A DNA stretch of 64,000 nt from Rhizodiscina lignyota (Eukaryota). Positions 26,557 through 37,579 of the stretch are shown here, one piece after another. Made by a program: the position numbers and the translations under genes. Below the pieces are notes generated by a model. That model worked only from the letters and a program-made list of their open reading frames with translations. It was not told where the DNA came from and did no database searches. Position 1 is the first letter of the stretch; each line of letters opens with the position of its first letter. The DNA is taken from the NCBI GenBank assembly GCA_010015805.1, contig ML978145.1, positions 124,001-188,000 of the forward strand. The letters run 5' to 3'.

Positions 26557-29154
26557 TTCCAATGCTAGCAACGTGATTGAAACATATTTGAGATTTTCAT
26601 GCTAAGGCGATGCGAAGGTGACGAGTTGTAATGATTTCAGGGGTAAAATGGAATGGTCTCAAAGTAGCCTCATTTTACCCTAAGGACTCCCTGAGCCACA
26701 GAGGTACCAAGGTACCCCCGGATATCAGCCGATTTAGGGCAGCTCGTACCCAGATTTTAGCACCACTCCACCCAAGTCCGTTGCTCAAACAATACGATGG
26801 ACACCACTGCCACGACTAAGTTCATATCGCCAAGTAAGGTATAAACAAACTCGCAAGTAGGCGGAGCATCACCTTGACCTAGGGCAGCCCTTCTACTACT
26901 AGGCCTACACAATACGCGGAGGTTGACCTATTTTTGCGACCACTCTTCTTCCACCAAGCTCACTTTGTGTGCGGAGCTTTACATATTTGCCTAGCTCATG
27001 TTCTTCGACTAAGGTCGTACCGTGTATGGAGGTCAACATATCGGCTCAGCTCCCTTTCTTTGGGCGACATGGTGCTATGAGCGAGAATTGAGGGATCTGT
27101 TCAGTTCACCTTCTTCCAAGGATCTCGCACTATGCCGCGGAGACTGGCCTCTCTACTCAGGTTACCTTCTTCAAGCAACTGCATACTATACACACAAATT
27201 CACTTACTACTTTCACCTCCTTCCGCTCGGCAGGCTTGTAGTACCTGTAGAGGTGTTCTTTTAACGATCGGCACATTAGCGCCGGGCAGGCAAACGAAGA
27301 TTGCCAGGTCTCGCTTCTTCCGTTAGACCACGCCTTTGAGATTATCCAGTTTACCCTGTTCCAAAGCGCGGCATCATAGGTGCCCTTCTCGTCTCTTATC
27401 GCGCGGTTCGAAACGGTTTGCAGGTTCGCATAAGTGTTCTTATATTGCGGGACTGAAGATCTGTGGTTTCACAGGTTCATGTGTTGCCGCTAACTTGTTG
27501 CTTGTACGAACATACAGGGAGGGAGGCCCGTGAGAGAGCTGTGCGATGCAGTTCACGAGTCACTGATGATGATCATCATCGTCAATCTCCCCGTCGGTGC
27601 TGGACAGTGATTCGGGATTCGGAGGGAGAGAGAAGGGATATCGTGGAGATCCAGCAACTCCTCTCGGTACCTCATAAATCTTTTTTCTCGAGCTGCATGT
27701 ACAATTCAGTGTCGCCTCCCTGCACAGCCTTTAAACCCTTTGAATTTGATGGTTCTGGAGTCCTTCAGTTTCGCGAGGAGTTCGCTCAAGTTTCGGCGGC
27801 AGCTTACTGTGATTCTGTCTCATCCTCGTTAAGTTCGCCGGACTATTTCGCTTTGGGAAGCAATCTTATTTATGGAGTAGTAGGTACTAGCTATAACGAT
27901 TAACAAACCCTCGGGTTCTCTGTGCGTTCGGCATTTCATTTAGTGTTTTAACCCCTTATGAGTTTGGCTCGAGTACTTCGCACAAAATGAGGTAATACTC
28001 CAGAGTATTTGACCATGTCGAAGATCGCAATTATTTCCGAGCAAGGATACGAGGTTGCAGCCCCGAATGAAAGAGTTTGACAAGGAGGCGAGAAGAGGGG
28101 AGTTGTCTGCGTTTCCTCAATTTCGAAACGCAGAACGAAAAAGACCCTTTGACTCCGCGCACGAGCTCATCTTGACACATTACGTCAGGGATCTTTGAAG
28201 GAGAAACAGTGGTTTGACTTGCCACTGTCTTGGGTCATCAAGGAAGAAGGCGGAGTTGAAGATTAAAGGGGAAAAGTGGATAATTTCGAAACATTCGCAT
28301 TAAAACTCTCTACACGTATCTAACTCGCCTGTACAAACTCCATCAAACCTCGCATGACTATAGTGTCACGAACCCGACATAGTCATCACCGACCTCATAC
28401 GACAAATGACGTGCATTTTCTATTGCCCATGCACATGAAGGGGGTATTCTTCGTAGAAGCCGATCTCGTCCACCGAAGCCCACACACCCAGGGTATCCTT
28501 ATCGTTGAATTTCCTGACCACACCTCACTCCATGAAGATGCAAGACAAAAACAAACATGCAAGGAACATAGGAGAATTGTGAGCAGAGCACAGAACAGGC
28601 TGATAAGCCAGCTAAGCAGACAATGCAAAACGAAGGGGTTTGTGCTGGAAAGTAGGTAGGGGTATCACACCAATCCCGCCGTCGTCACGGACGCGTGTAT
28701 GTCTTGAAGGTGTAAAAAATTGGCAAAGAGCAAAGGTAGAACGGCCACGCGCCTAAGGTTTGCGGAAGAAGTGCAAGTCGTAGACTCGACACCCAGTAAC
28801 AGGGGCTGAAGCAGCAATGTACCGGTAGCATGAGCTCCACGGCATCTGCGCTTGTTGAATGAAGGGGGCAGTGATTACATGAATGTAGCGGGATTTGAAT
28901 ACCGATGCAGCGAGAGCCAAACATGCGCGCGGCTACAAACAAGATTCGTGAAAGGGGAATACATCGTTCATACGTTCAGGACCACCAGTGGAAGGGGAAG
29001 AGAAGGGGTAGAGCGCACTCGACGGGTAATTATTGCGCTAACAAATGATAGTTGTCGAGTCGCAGTATCGATGAAGGCAAGAGATGCGCGTGTCGCACAA
29101 GTCGACGGGGTGTTGTTCTTCGCTGCCACCTCTCGTGCTTCATTTCTACTGAGA

Positions 29155-29574
29155 CTACAGCGCAAGCATGGCGGCGCCGGCGACGATCGCAGCGAGGGCG
29201 GTCGGAAGTGCGTTCAGGGGTGCGGCGCCAGTGAATGGAGAAGGCGCCGCGAGGCCGCCAGTAGCAGAGCCGGTGACGGAAGCGCCACCAGCTGCGTTGG
29301 AGACGGTGCCATTACCACCAGTGGCAAGAGGAGCGACGATGCTGCTGCTGCTGCTGCCAGTACCAGATGGGCTGAAGGTCAAGACGGTGCTGTTTGCCGT
29401 GGTGGAGGAAGGAGGCGTCCCGGTCTTCGTCTGAGTCGTAACCATAAAGACGGTGCGGGTGCTCGTGAAGGTGTTGTAGGAGGTCAGAGAGGAGCTGCTC
29501 GCAAAGACAGCTGGCTCGGCGAATGCGCCGGCCGCTAAGGAGAGAAGGGAGAGTGCAAGCGTGAAGACGCGCAT
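29155..29574 (-). CDS. Small secreted Ser/Thr-rich, probably GPI-anchored cell-wall protein (139 aa)
   Basis: Signal peptide MRVFTLALSLLSLAAGAFA, S/T/G-rich core, C-terminal FTGAA followed by hydrophobic tail LPTALAAIVAGAAMLAL. Confidence 0.85.
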   Translation of the reverse strand: MRVFTLALSLLSLAAGAFAEPAVFASSSSLTSYNTFTSTRTVFMVTTQTKTGTPPSSTTANSTVLTFSPSGTGSSSSSIVAPLATGGNGTVSNAAGGASVTGSATGGLAAPSPFTGAAPLNALPTALAAIVAGAAMLAL

Positions 29575-31145
29575 TGTGGAAGGTGAAGCCGAGGAATGCG
29601 CGTGGCTTTCGTGCGACAGAGGGTGTATGTTTATTTAGATCGTCGAAGACGGAGAATGCAGGTTCTGTTGCGCAATTGAGCGCAGGATATTGTATGGACA
29701 GTGACGGTTGTTCTGGCCCGCGGACGTCGGTAACAGTACTGGAGCGTAGTGTTTGGTTATGTGTTGATGCGCGCAGCGGTGAATGTATGTGGTGGCTCGA
29801 CTATGCGATGCGATGCGATTTGAGAGTGAATGAGTGTCGCGTGGACGTGGTGTGCACTGAGCGAGCGCGATCGTATTCAGATGCCGACGAGGCTGACTGC
29901 GGTCAATGGCGATATGTGCTTGTTGATATGTATGGTGAGGTGCCCTGCACAGAGCGTTGGCGAAGCAGACGGGTTTGAATGAGTGTGGGTGCTACTAGAG
30001 CAAGACTGGATGCGCGCGCGAGAAGAGAGTGAAGATGTAGAAGAGAGGAGGACGGCAAAGGGTGGAGAAGAAAGAAGAGTCGCTCGTGGGACCGGGTAGG
30101 TGTTGGGGAGGGCTTGGGGGTGCTGGGTGAGTTTAATGAGCACCAAGCACCATTACGCTAGCGCCAGGCACCGGCCAATGGCACGCCGCCCCCGCACGAG
30201 CTAGCGTGCGGATCTCCGACGCTGCCTGCGGCTGCCCCTGCCCCGGTCCCTGCGCCAGTGCGAGCGAGAAATTGGCAGCCGCTCACAATCTGAGTGCTCG
30301 CCCACCGTGCAACCCAACCAGCGTGCCCAGAGATGAAGACTCTTCCATCCTCCTTCCAGAGGCACCGTCGCGCGCACCATGAATCGCGGTGGGTCGCCGC
30401 GCTGCAATCTCTGCAATCCTGCTCCAGTCCTCCGGCCGCTGCGCGCTGGAGCCCAAACGACCCGGCGGCGCATGAAACTCAGGTGCCGAAGTGCGCGCTT
30501 GTGGCCACCGCGACCGCTGTGGTGCTGCGTCGCACGCGAGCTATCGTCGGGAGCCACGGCGAGCACGCAGCATGCGAATTGGGTGGAGCGCGCAACGTGG
30601 TACGCCATCAAGCTCTTCGCGACCGACCGCTGCTAAGGAAAAAATCTTCCGAACTTAGCGTGGTGCGCCAATCGTCACAGCCAACAGTCAGCGAGCACGC
30701 TCCCGCGCCCTCACAAGAACAAATCTGTCGCCGTGCCACGTTCCTTTGCCTCCTGGTCCATCTCTTGGCTGTTGGATAATTGCTCCACGTCACATCCGAC
30801 CCAGTAACCCGCCCCAGCCCAACACTTCGCACTGTGCCGTGCAACCCATCCTGCTCGAGAGCGTCCGGTCCATAGAGACCAGAAGAGCCAGCTGCATTGC
30901 GGTGAGCACTCCGTTGCTGTCCGAAGAGTCAATTATGATTTGCCCTCTACCACCTGCGACTTCGGAGACTCTGCCTTTGCGCCGCGTGTCGATGTCGACC
31001 CAAGCCCCCAACAGTCGAGCGGACCCGTGACAAATTCGGCGTAAATTAACTGCAGTCATCAGCCTCGGATTTGTGGACGGCTACACCACTCTCTGACGGC
31101 TGTACCATTGCCGGGTGCTCAAAGTCCAGAGTGCGGAGACAAATC

Positions 31146-31860
31146 ATGTGCTAATCCTATCATAATTGGGGCCTCATGGAAAGGACTGCGAATGACCCTG
31201 GAGCTTCGATTCCATTATTGTCAGAATCTCATCTTCCTGAGGGCGAGCATGCCTGAGTATTGATTCTATTATTGTTGGAAACTCCATCTCGTAAGTGTGA
31301 GCAGACCTTGGGCACCGATACTATTGTCGTTGGAAGCTGGTCGTCCTGGAGGGGAGTGGCTGCTGAACTTTAATGCTATTATGGTTGCACTCTCAACTCC
31401 ACGATGGCCGGCATGTCCTGAGCATCCATTTTGTTAGTATTGCAAAGTCATGTCCTAGAGGCGGGCGGCGTTGACTGTCGATTCTGGTTTCCTTGCAGGC
31501 TCATCTTCATAGATGTGAAGATGCCCTGAGGATTGATTATCTTCTTATCACAAGCTCAATTTCTTAGAGGCACGCAGGCGTGGAGCATCGATTCTATTGT
31601 CGCTGCACGTTGGCCGTTTAGAAGACGAGCAGGTGCTGAACATTGATTGTGTTGTGGTTACAAGCTTGACGCTTCAAAGGGAAGCATATCTTGAGCATTG
31701 ATTCTATTATCGTTACAAGTTCATTGTGCTGAAGGGTTGCAGACTTTGAGCATCGATTCTGTTATCATTTCAAGTTCGACTTTCTCAAGGCGGACGAGCT
31801 TTGATCATTGATCATATTATCGTTGCAAGCCCTTCTTCCCACATGCCAGCAGACCTCGAG
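31146..31860. repeat. Degenerate tandem array of 55-bp units, block A (12 clear units plus one eroded)
   Basis: Unit starts at 31201, 31255, 31310, 31365, 31420, 31473, 31528, 31583, 31638, 31693, 31748, 31803, eroded unit near 31146. Approximate consensus GAGCATYGATTCTATTATCGTTGCAAGCTCATCTTCCTAGAGGGCGAGCAGACCTT. No ORF of 60 aa or more in 31060-32274. Confidence 0.9.
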
Positions 31861-32205
31861 TGATGTCTCCACCTCGACCACGGCGGATGTCGTGAGATGA
31901 GACGGCGCAGAGAAGTCCTGCGATGACGCCCATTCTGCGAAGGATTCTAATGTATGAGGAAATAGAGGGCCAGTGAAGTCAAGATTGGCCGTGTTTGGGA
32001 CGATGGGCCAATTCGGATTGATCTATTGTAACGTTCTGTCCAAACGTTTCACCTTGTTCTGAATATTTTCCTGGACAGTCTATCCTTTCACGTTCCCAAT
32101 TCGAAGACCCCATGCAAAGATGAGAAGGACCGGACTGATCCACTGTGCCACAAACCTGTCATGACTACGGGAAAGAGCTTGTAGCTTGATTGCACTTAGG
32201 TGTTG

Positions 32206-32590
32206 AACCGTCGACTCAATTATTCGCGGAAGTTTATCATCTTAATGGTGAGTAGTTCCCAAGCATCGACGTAGCTACCGGCAAACGTCTCTAACCTGGT
32301 TAGATTTAATGATTTCACACTCGATTCTATTACTGTCGGAAGCCCGATCTTGTAAAGGCGCGTGGATTTTGAGCACGCCATAACTTCCGTTAAGCACCTG
32401 TAAGCTGGTTGCGTTTGGAGCCTTAAGTATCCATTCTACTATTACTGGAATCTTCATTTATTAAATGTGAGTAGACCTTAAACTTTTCAGTCACTCTATC
32501 TAACACTTACAATTTGATTGTGTTTAGACACTTGACCCTCGATTCTATCATATGGGAACGCTCAGCGAGAGGATCACGTACAAGCCGCAA
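32206..32590. repeat. Degenerate 55-bp array, block B (about 7 more eroded units of the same family)
   Basis: Unit starts about 32206, 32261, 32316, 32371, 32425, 32480, 32534. The 32425 unit (AAGTATCCATTCTACTATTACTGGAATCTTCATTTATTAAATGTGAGTAGACCTT) closely resembles the 31255 unit. Confidence 0.75.
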
Positions 32591-33073
32591 GAAATATCCT
32601 GACCAGAACGTACATCCCGAAGAGTACAATTCTGACCTACTCAACACGCCTGTTTGAAAAAAACGGGCCCGGGCAACTACAGCCAGTAACAGAGCCGGGA
32701 TTCCAATGCAGTATACCGCATGCGAACAGGCCCGTGACACTTATTCAAGCCAGAAACAGCAGTTAACCTAACCTCCACGCTGACTTCCTTCTTCATTCGC
32801 TCAGCTGCCCGCTTGGCTATTCTGCTCCTTCCTCGCATGCTCAGGTTCACCTTCTGCCTTCGCAGCTCCTCCGTGCCTCAGTAGGGATTTGTCACAATAC
32901 GTTAACCGAAAGTGGTTTAGAAAACTTCATTCATATTACTGCCTTTTTATAAGGCACCTCTGTCCTAATTCATGCCTCAAAACACAGCATTTGACCTCGA
33001 AAACAGCACTTGACCCCCAACTTGACCGCCTTCCTCGTTCACTCCGATAGCGGCTCAATCATCTGCCCCTTCC

Positions 33074-34510
33074 TCACCTCTTCCTCTTGCGGAGATTGAA
33101 CTCGCCCTTCTGCAACTCCTCTATCAACTTCATGTCTTCCTCGGTAGGCTCCACATTCGGCGGCGATCCTGCGACACCTGCCACAAACGTACCAGGACGA
33201 CTACCAGCAGCAGTAGAGGCATCGTTCGACGCGCGGTCGGATGGGGAGGGCGATGCAATCGTCCGTGCCGCGTCTTCAGCCTGTGAGAATCTTGTAAGTG
33301 TAGCGGTTGTTCTCTTGCGTTTTCTTCGGGAGCGTCTTGCCGCAGCTTCGCGTCTCGCGTGGTCCCTGGCGTTGCTAAGAGCCGCGGGATACTCTCCGTC
33401 ATACATCTTCCAGAACCTGGTAACAGCATCCTTTCCTCCGAGCAAGTCCCAGTTGCCCTTCATCGCCTCCTTCTTGATCAGCTTGCAGCCGGCCTTCACG
33501 TGGCTCACAATGTCCTCCACCAGACTCTCGTTCGTCGCGTCGGGGTGGTTGAGCTGGTTGATGATGACACGCATCCACTTCTCGACACCGCTCCACTCGA
33601 GATAGTGACCGCCGATCATCATTGTCTGCGCGTCGTCTGCGGATCGGCGAAAGACGAAGTGGGTAGTACCACTTGGGAAGCGGACCCACTCTCCTGGACG
33701 GAGGACGATGTAGCGCCACTGCGGGTTGTTCTTGGGACCCTTCCAGAACCTGTCCTTGGACCAGGCTTCGACGTGATTCTCATCCTGACTCGCCAGCCAA
33801 CCGAAGCCAACCTCGCCTTGAAGGACCTTGAGCCAAGTCGAGTAGCCGTGGCTATCTTGATGGGGAAGCGTGATTGCTCCAGCTTCGGCGATGAGCACCC
33901 ACTCCTGCAATCCGGGGAACTTGAGAATTTGCGAGGCAGAGGCTCTCATGCGAGCACCGTGGCTGCCCATGATTGCGAAATCACCGAGGTACTTGAGGAA
34001 AGAATACTTGAACTCGTCGAACATGGTCGGCCTGAATGATCTCATGTGCGGCTTTCCGACTTCAAGCAGATTCCAGGGCTCCTCATGCGCAGATGCGTCA
34101 GCGAAACGCGCTCTGATCGTTCCCACGTCCATCTCGACCGCCGATGGCTCGTCCAACGTGCACGACGCATCGCTCACCGAGAGCTTGGCCTCGTCGTCGC
34201 GCATCCACTCGAAGAATTCCTGAATTGGCGTCTTCTCATCACCCGTTTCATAATCGAAGTGCGGATAGACTTCCGGAATACCGCTGAAGTTGCTCGTGGG
34301 GGTATCATCCTCGCAGTCGCCAACATGGACGTCGACACCGAGGGTCGCAGGCATAGAGTAATGTTGGAGCAGATCGGCCATCTCTTCCGCATTCTGAAAG
34401 CCTCGAGTTCCGACTTTGTTCGCGCTGTTTGCGATGAATTGCTGCAGATGATTGATAACGTCTTGCACAAAGGCCTCATCGGCGCTGACGGCCGTCTTCA
34501 CGGTCGCCAT
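33074..34510 (-). CDS. JmjC/cupin-type Fe(II)/2-oxoglutarate dioxygenase with basic NLS-like segments
   Basis: 478-aa ORF. AITLPHQDSHGYSTWLKVLQG (HxD), IVLRPGEWVRFPSGTTHFV (distal His), MIGGHYL; basic patches RRSRRKRKR and terminal LRKRKR. Confidence 0.82.
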   Translation of the reverse strand: MATVKTAVSADEAFVQDVINHLQQFIANSANKVGTRGFQNAEEMADLLQHYSMPATLGVDVHVGDCEDDTPTSNFSGIPEVYPHFDYETGDEKTPIQEFFEWMRDDEAKLSVSDASCTLDEPSAVEMDVGTIRARFADASAHEEPWNLLEVGKPHMRSFRPTMFDEFKYSFLKYLGDFAIMGSHGARMRASASQILKFPGLQEWVLIAEAGAITLPHQDSHGYSTWLKVLQGEVGFGWLASQDENHVEAWSKDRFWKGPKNNPQWRYIVLRPGEWVRFPSGTTHFVFRRSADDAQTMMIGGHYLEWSGVEKWMRVIINQLNHPDATNESLVEDIVSHVKAGCKLIKKEAMKGNWDLLGGKDAVTRFWKMYDGEYPAALSNARDHARREAAARRSRRKRKRTTATLTRFSQAEDAARTIASPSPSDRASNDASTAAGSRPGTFVAGVAGSPPNVEPTEEDMKLIEELQKGEFNLRKRKR

Positions 34511-35549
34511 GTTTGAATTGTCGTAAGCGAGTGAAACGGTGCAGTCGCAACTGGCTGAATGTGGAAAAGAGGTTGAGCGTGGAATAGGATCTGTGCCTCA
34601 AGACGAGACAGTGATTGGCCTTGAAGTGGACCCGAGAATATCAGCAAGAAGAAGCCCGAGATTGTTTCGAGCGTACCTGCCACACGCGTTGTTATTGATT
34701 TTGTGGTTGTGAGCAGCTGTTGTCTTTGTGAGAAGAGCGTGCCTCTTTGTTTAGCCTGGCCTCGCCGAATTGGGAAGGCTCGATTGAATGCGACCACCCT
34801 TTGAAAGATGGCCGAAGAGTGCTTTGATTGTCCGCGTATATAACGGAGGAAGAAAGAAGGGAAGAGTGAGGGGCTCAGTAGAGAGTGAAAAGGTGGAAGC
34901 TTTGACAAGCTGCGCCGTTTGTTGCCGCGCTGGCTAAATTTTGAGGGTGGTGCGCGCTTCACTGTTGAGCGCGTTTGCTGTGGAAACGAGGCCGGGCTTC
35001 GGAGACCTGAAGCGCCTATTAGCGCGGTCTTATACACTGTTTACCTAACGCTAAACCGGTGCCTGCGTTCACGTCTCGATGAAGACTTGACTTCCACTTC
35101 ACTTGAGCAAGGCTCTTCCGGATTCGGATGGCGCTTTCCCATTTTGGGAATGGTACATGTGACCACCCTCCTGCCTGACGACGCCTCGGGAAGGATGTTT
35201 CTGAGATATTCACCTGAGGCAGGCAGCTTGCTTAATTCATTGCAGTTAGCTGCTTATGTGGTACACTATATACCATATCTTTTTGTGACATAACAAAATG
35301 ATGTAGATCGTTCCAATGGACAGCTACGACTGCTCTCACGACGCCCAATCGAAAATCACAGTCCGCTTGCGGTTCCAATAGGTGGAGAGACACATTTTGA
35401 ACTCGCATAACCTCAATTAAATGGAATTTACACCGGATAGCTCGAATTTCTTGCTCTCAATTCGCCAACCAGGCTAATCGACCCTTCTCACAACACGCAA
35501 GATATACATCCCACAAACCTTCCAGTGTCGCAAAGACCCAATCCTCGCA

Positions 35550-37579
35550 TTACTCAAGAACATCCGTCTTGGAATCTTTGCGGCGTCGTTTGCTTGTCCT
35601 CTCCCCTACGCTCTCTGCATACTCCTCCTCGCCTTTTCCTTGTACGGCGGCCAGCCATTTCGTGTCGATGTTCTCCAGCTGCAGATACGGCGAATAGTCC
35701 GAGCCCTCCGTAGCATTGGCCACATTGGCTCCCATCCCCATGAATGCCCAGGGGTTTTTGTAGTTGTAGGCGATTTCGTAGTCCTCCCACCTCGGCTTCT
35801 CGATGAGCTCGGCTGCAGCGCATCAGTATTGCTTCAGCGTTGGAAAAGCGAAAGGCTTACCGTAGTGGAGTGAAGAGCCTGGCCAGATTGCGTTGACGCG
35901 GCCAGTGTCGTTGTTCTTGTACCAGCTTCGACATGAGTCTTTCCATACTGTATGCTTGATCCATTCCTATTGCGCGTGTCAACTTCCGCTCTGTGCCATA
36001 TTGTCAGAAAACGTCCTTACCTGAGCGTGTTCGTTGAAAGCATCGGTGATGTCCTGCTTCGGCGTTACGCTCTTGATATTCTCGTACTGTAGCTTATTGA
36101 TCATCTGAATGGCGTATGTGGACACGTTGAGCAGAGGGCCAGCGACCGAGCCGTTCTCCACAGGCCACGTCGGACCGATGAAGATCATGAAGTTGGGGAA
36201 TGAGGGAACACCGAGTCCGAGATATGCCTCAGGCTCGTTCCTCCACTTCTCGTACAAATTGACACCATCCTTGCCGATGACAGGGAAGCGAGGCTTGTAC
36301 GTCACGTCAAAGCCCGTTGCACATACTATCGTGTCGCACTTCCTCTCGATGCCGTCTCCGCCGATGACTCCATCTTCTGTGATCTTCTCGACTGGTGTGA
36401 AGTGAACGTCGACATTGGGTTGTTGAATCGCTTCCATATATGGGTCTCCCGGTGTTACGCGGCGGCCTGTAGCCACAAGGTTAGCAATGGAGTCATGCTG
36501 TGAGGGACAAAACTTACACCCGACTTCCCATTTGGGCGTGAAGCCCTTTAGTAGCCTCTCGTCCTTGATGAACTCCGCCATCCTGGCTCTAAAGAGCTCC
36601 TGGGCTTTCTTCTGCGCTTCCGATCCAGTGTAGAAAGTACCCCACAATCCGTTAATCTGGTTCTCAATACTCTTTGCGTGCTTGACGAGCTCTTCTGGCT
36701 GAGTTCTGAATTTCTCCTTTTCCTCAGTCGAATACTCATGGTTCTGGCCATAGTTGTTTGCGATCTGAACGAACCAAACGCCTGTCCTGATGAAGACATC
36801 CATGTGCTTGACATGCGGCTGCATCTTCGGCACAGTCTGAATCGAAGAGGCGCCGCTACCAATGACAGCCACTCGATCTTCCTTCCATTGCTCTTCCTGG
36901 TAGTCCTTCGGCCAGCGGGCAGTGTGGCATAGTCTGCCCCTGAACTTTTCGATGCCCTCGATCTTGGGCCACTTGAAGTCGTTCAAAATGCCGGTGGCAT
37001 ACAGAAGCACGTCGCACTCGTCTTCGAACTCTCTTGCTTCTCCTCCGGCGTGTTGGCTCTGGCGTAGTTTGACCTTCCACTTCCCAACATCGTCGTGCCA
37101 TTTCGCTTCGACGACTTCGGTGTTGAATGTCATGTACTTGCGGAGATCGAAGACCTTGCAGATCTTGTCGAGGTATGCCCAAATATCAGGGCTGTAGCTG
37201 AAGAAACGAGGCCAGTCTGGATTGAGAGCAAAGTTCATCGTGTATGCATGCGAGGGAACGTCGCAGGCGCACCCCGGGTATCTGTCTTTTGTCAGCCATT
37301 GAAAATCTTCTAGAGTCCACAGGATTCATGCCTGTTCTCCAACCATGTACCACCTATATCCTCGTTCTTCTCGTAAATCCGATGCTCTACGTTCTGACAG
37401 AGCTTCTGGATCTGATATGCCATCAAAATACCCGAGAAGCCTCCGCCAATTGTAATGACTTTTATCCGCCTGTTATTTGGGTCTCCCATGGTGATGTTTG
37501 GGATATCATAGCCGGATGACCCTGGAGTGGAATAATCCCACTTCCCACCCTTCGTAATGCCGTTGAGATCGGGCGCCAT
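35550..37579 (-). CDS. Baeyer-Villiger-type flavin monooxygenase
   Basis: Introns 37282-37331 (GC-AG), 36467-36517, 35967-36020, 35813-35860. [23 protein letters not shown], fingerprint [22 protein letters not shown]. Confidence 0.93.

Noticed and set aside
26600..28950. Short ORFs that might be a transposon or gene relic
   Set aside because: No transposase, reverse transcriptase or other recognisable motif, and no consistent splice model.
28852..29538. 228-aa plus-strand ORF and other long antisense ORFs (750-1379, 13033-13731, 33359-34039, 39611-40159)
   Set aside because: Shadow ORFs opposite real GC-rich genes, with no recognisable motifs.
31146..32590. Calling the 55-bp array a CRISPR array
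   Set aside because: Eukaryotic context, no cas genes in the window, repeats far too degenerate, and the variable halves are related to one another rather than independent spacers.
31146..32590. Array as a protein-coding repeat (LRR or ankyrin relic)
   Set aside because: Period 55 is not divisible by 3 and no long ORF covers block A on either strand.
32979..33028. Short imperfect repeats (ACAGCAYTTGACC) 3' of the JmjC gene
   Set aside because: Only 2-3 short copies, unrelated to the 55-bp unit; consistent with local slippage.
34498..35037. 179-aa ORF just upstream of the JmjC gene
   Set aside because: Non-ATG start and UTR-like composition; most likely 5' UTR/promoter.
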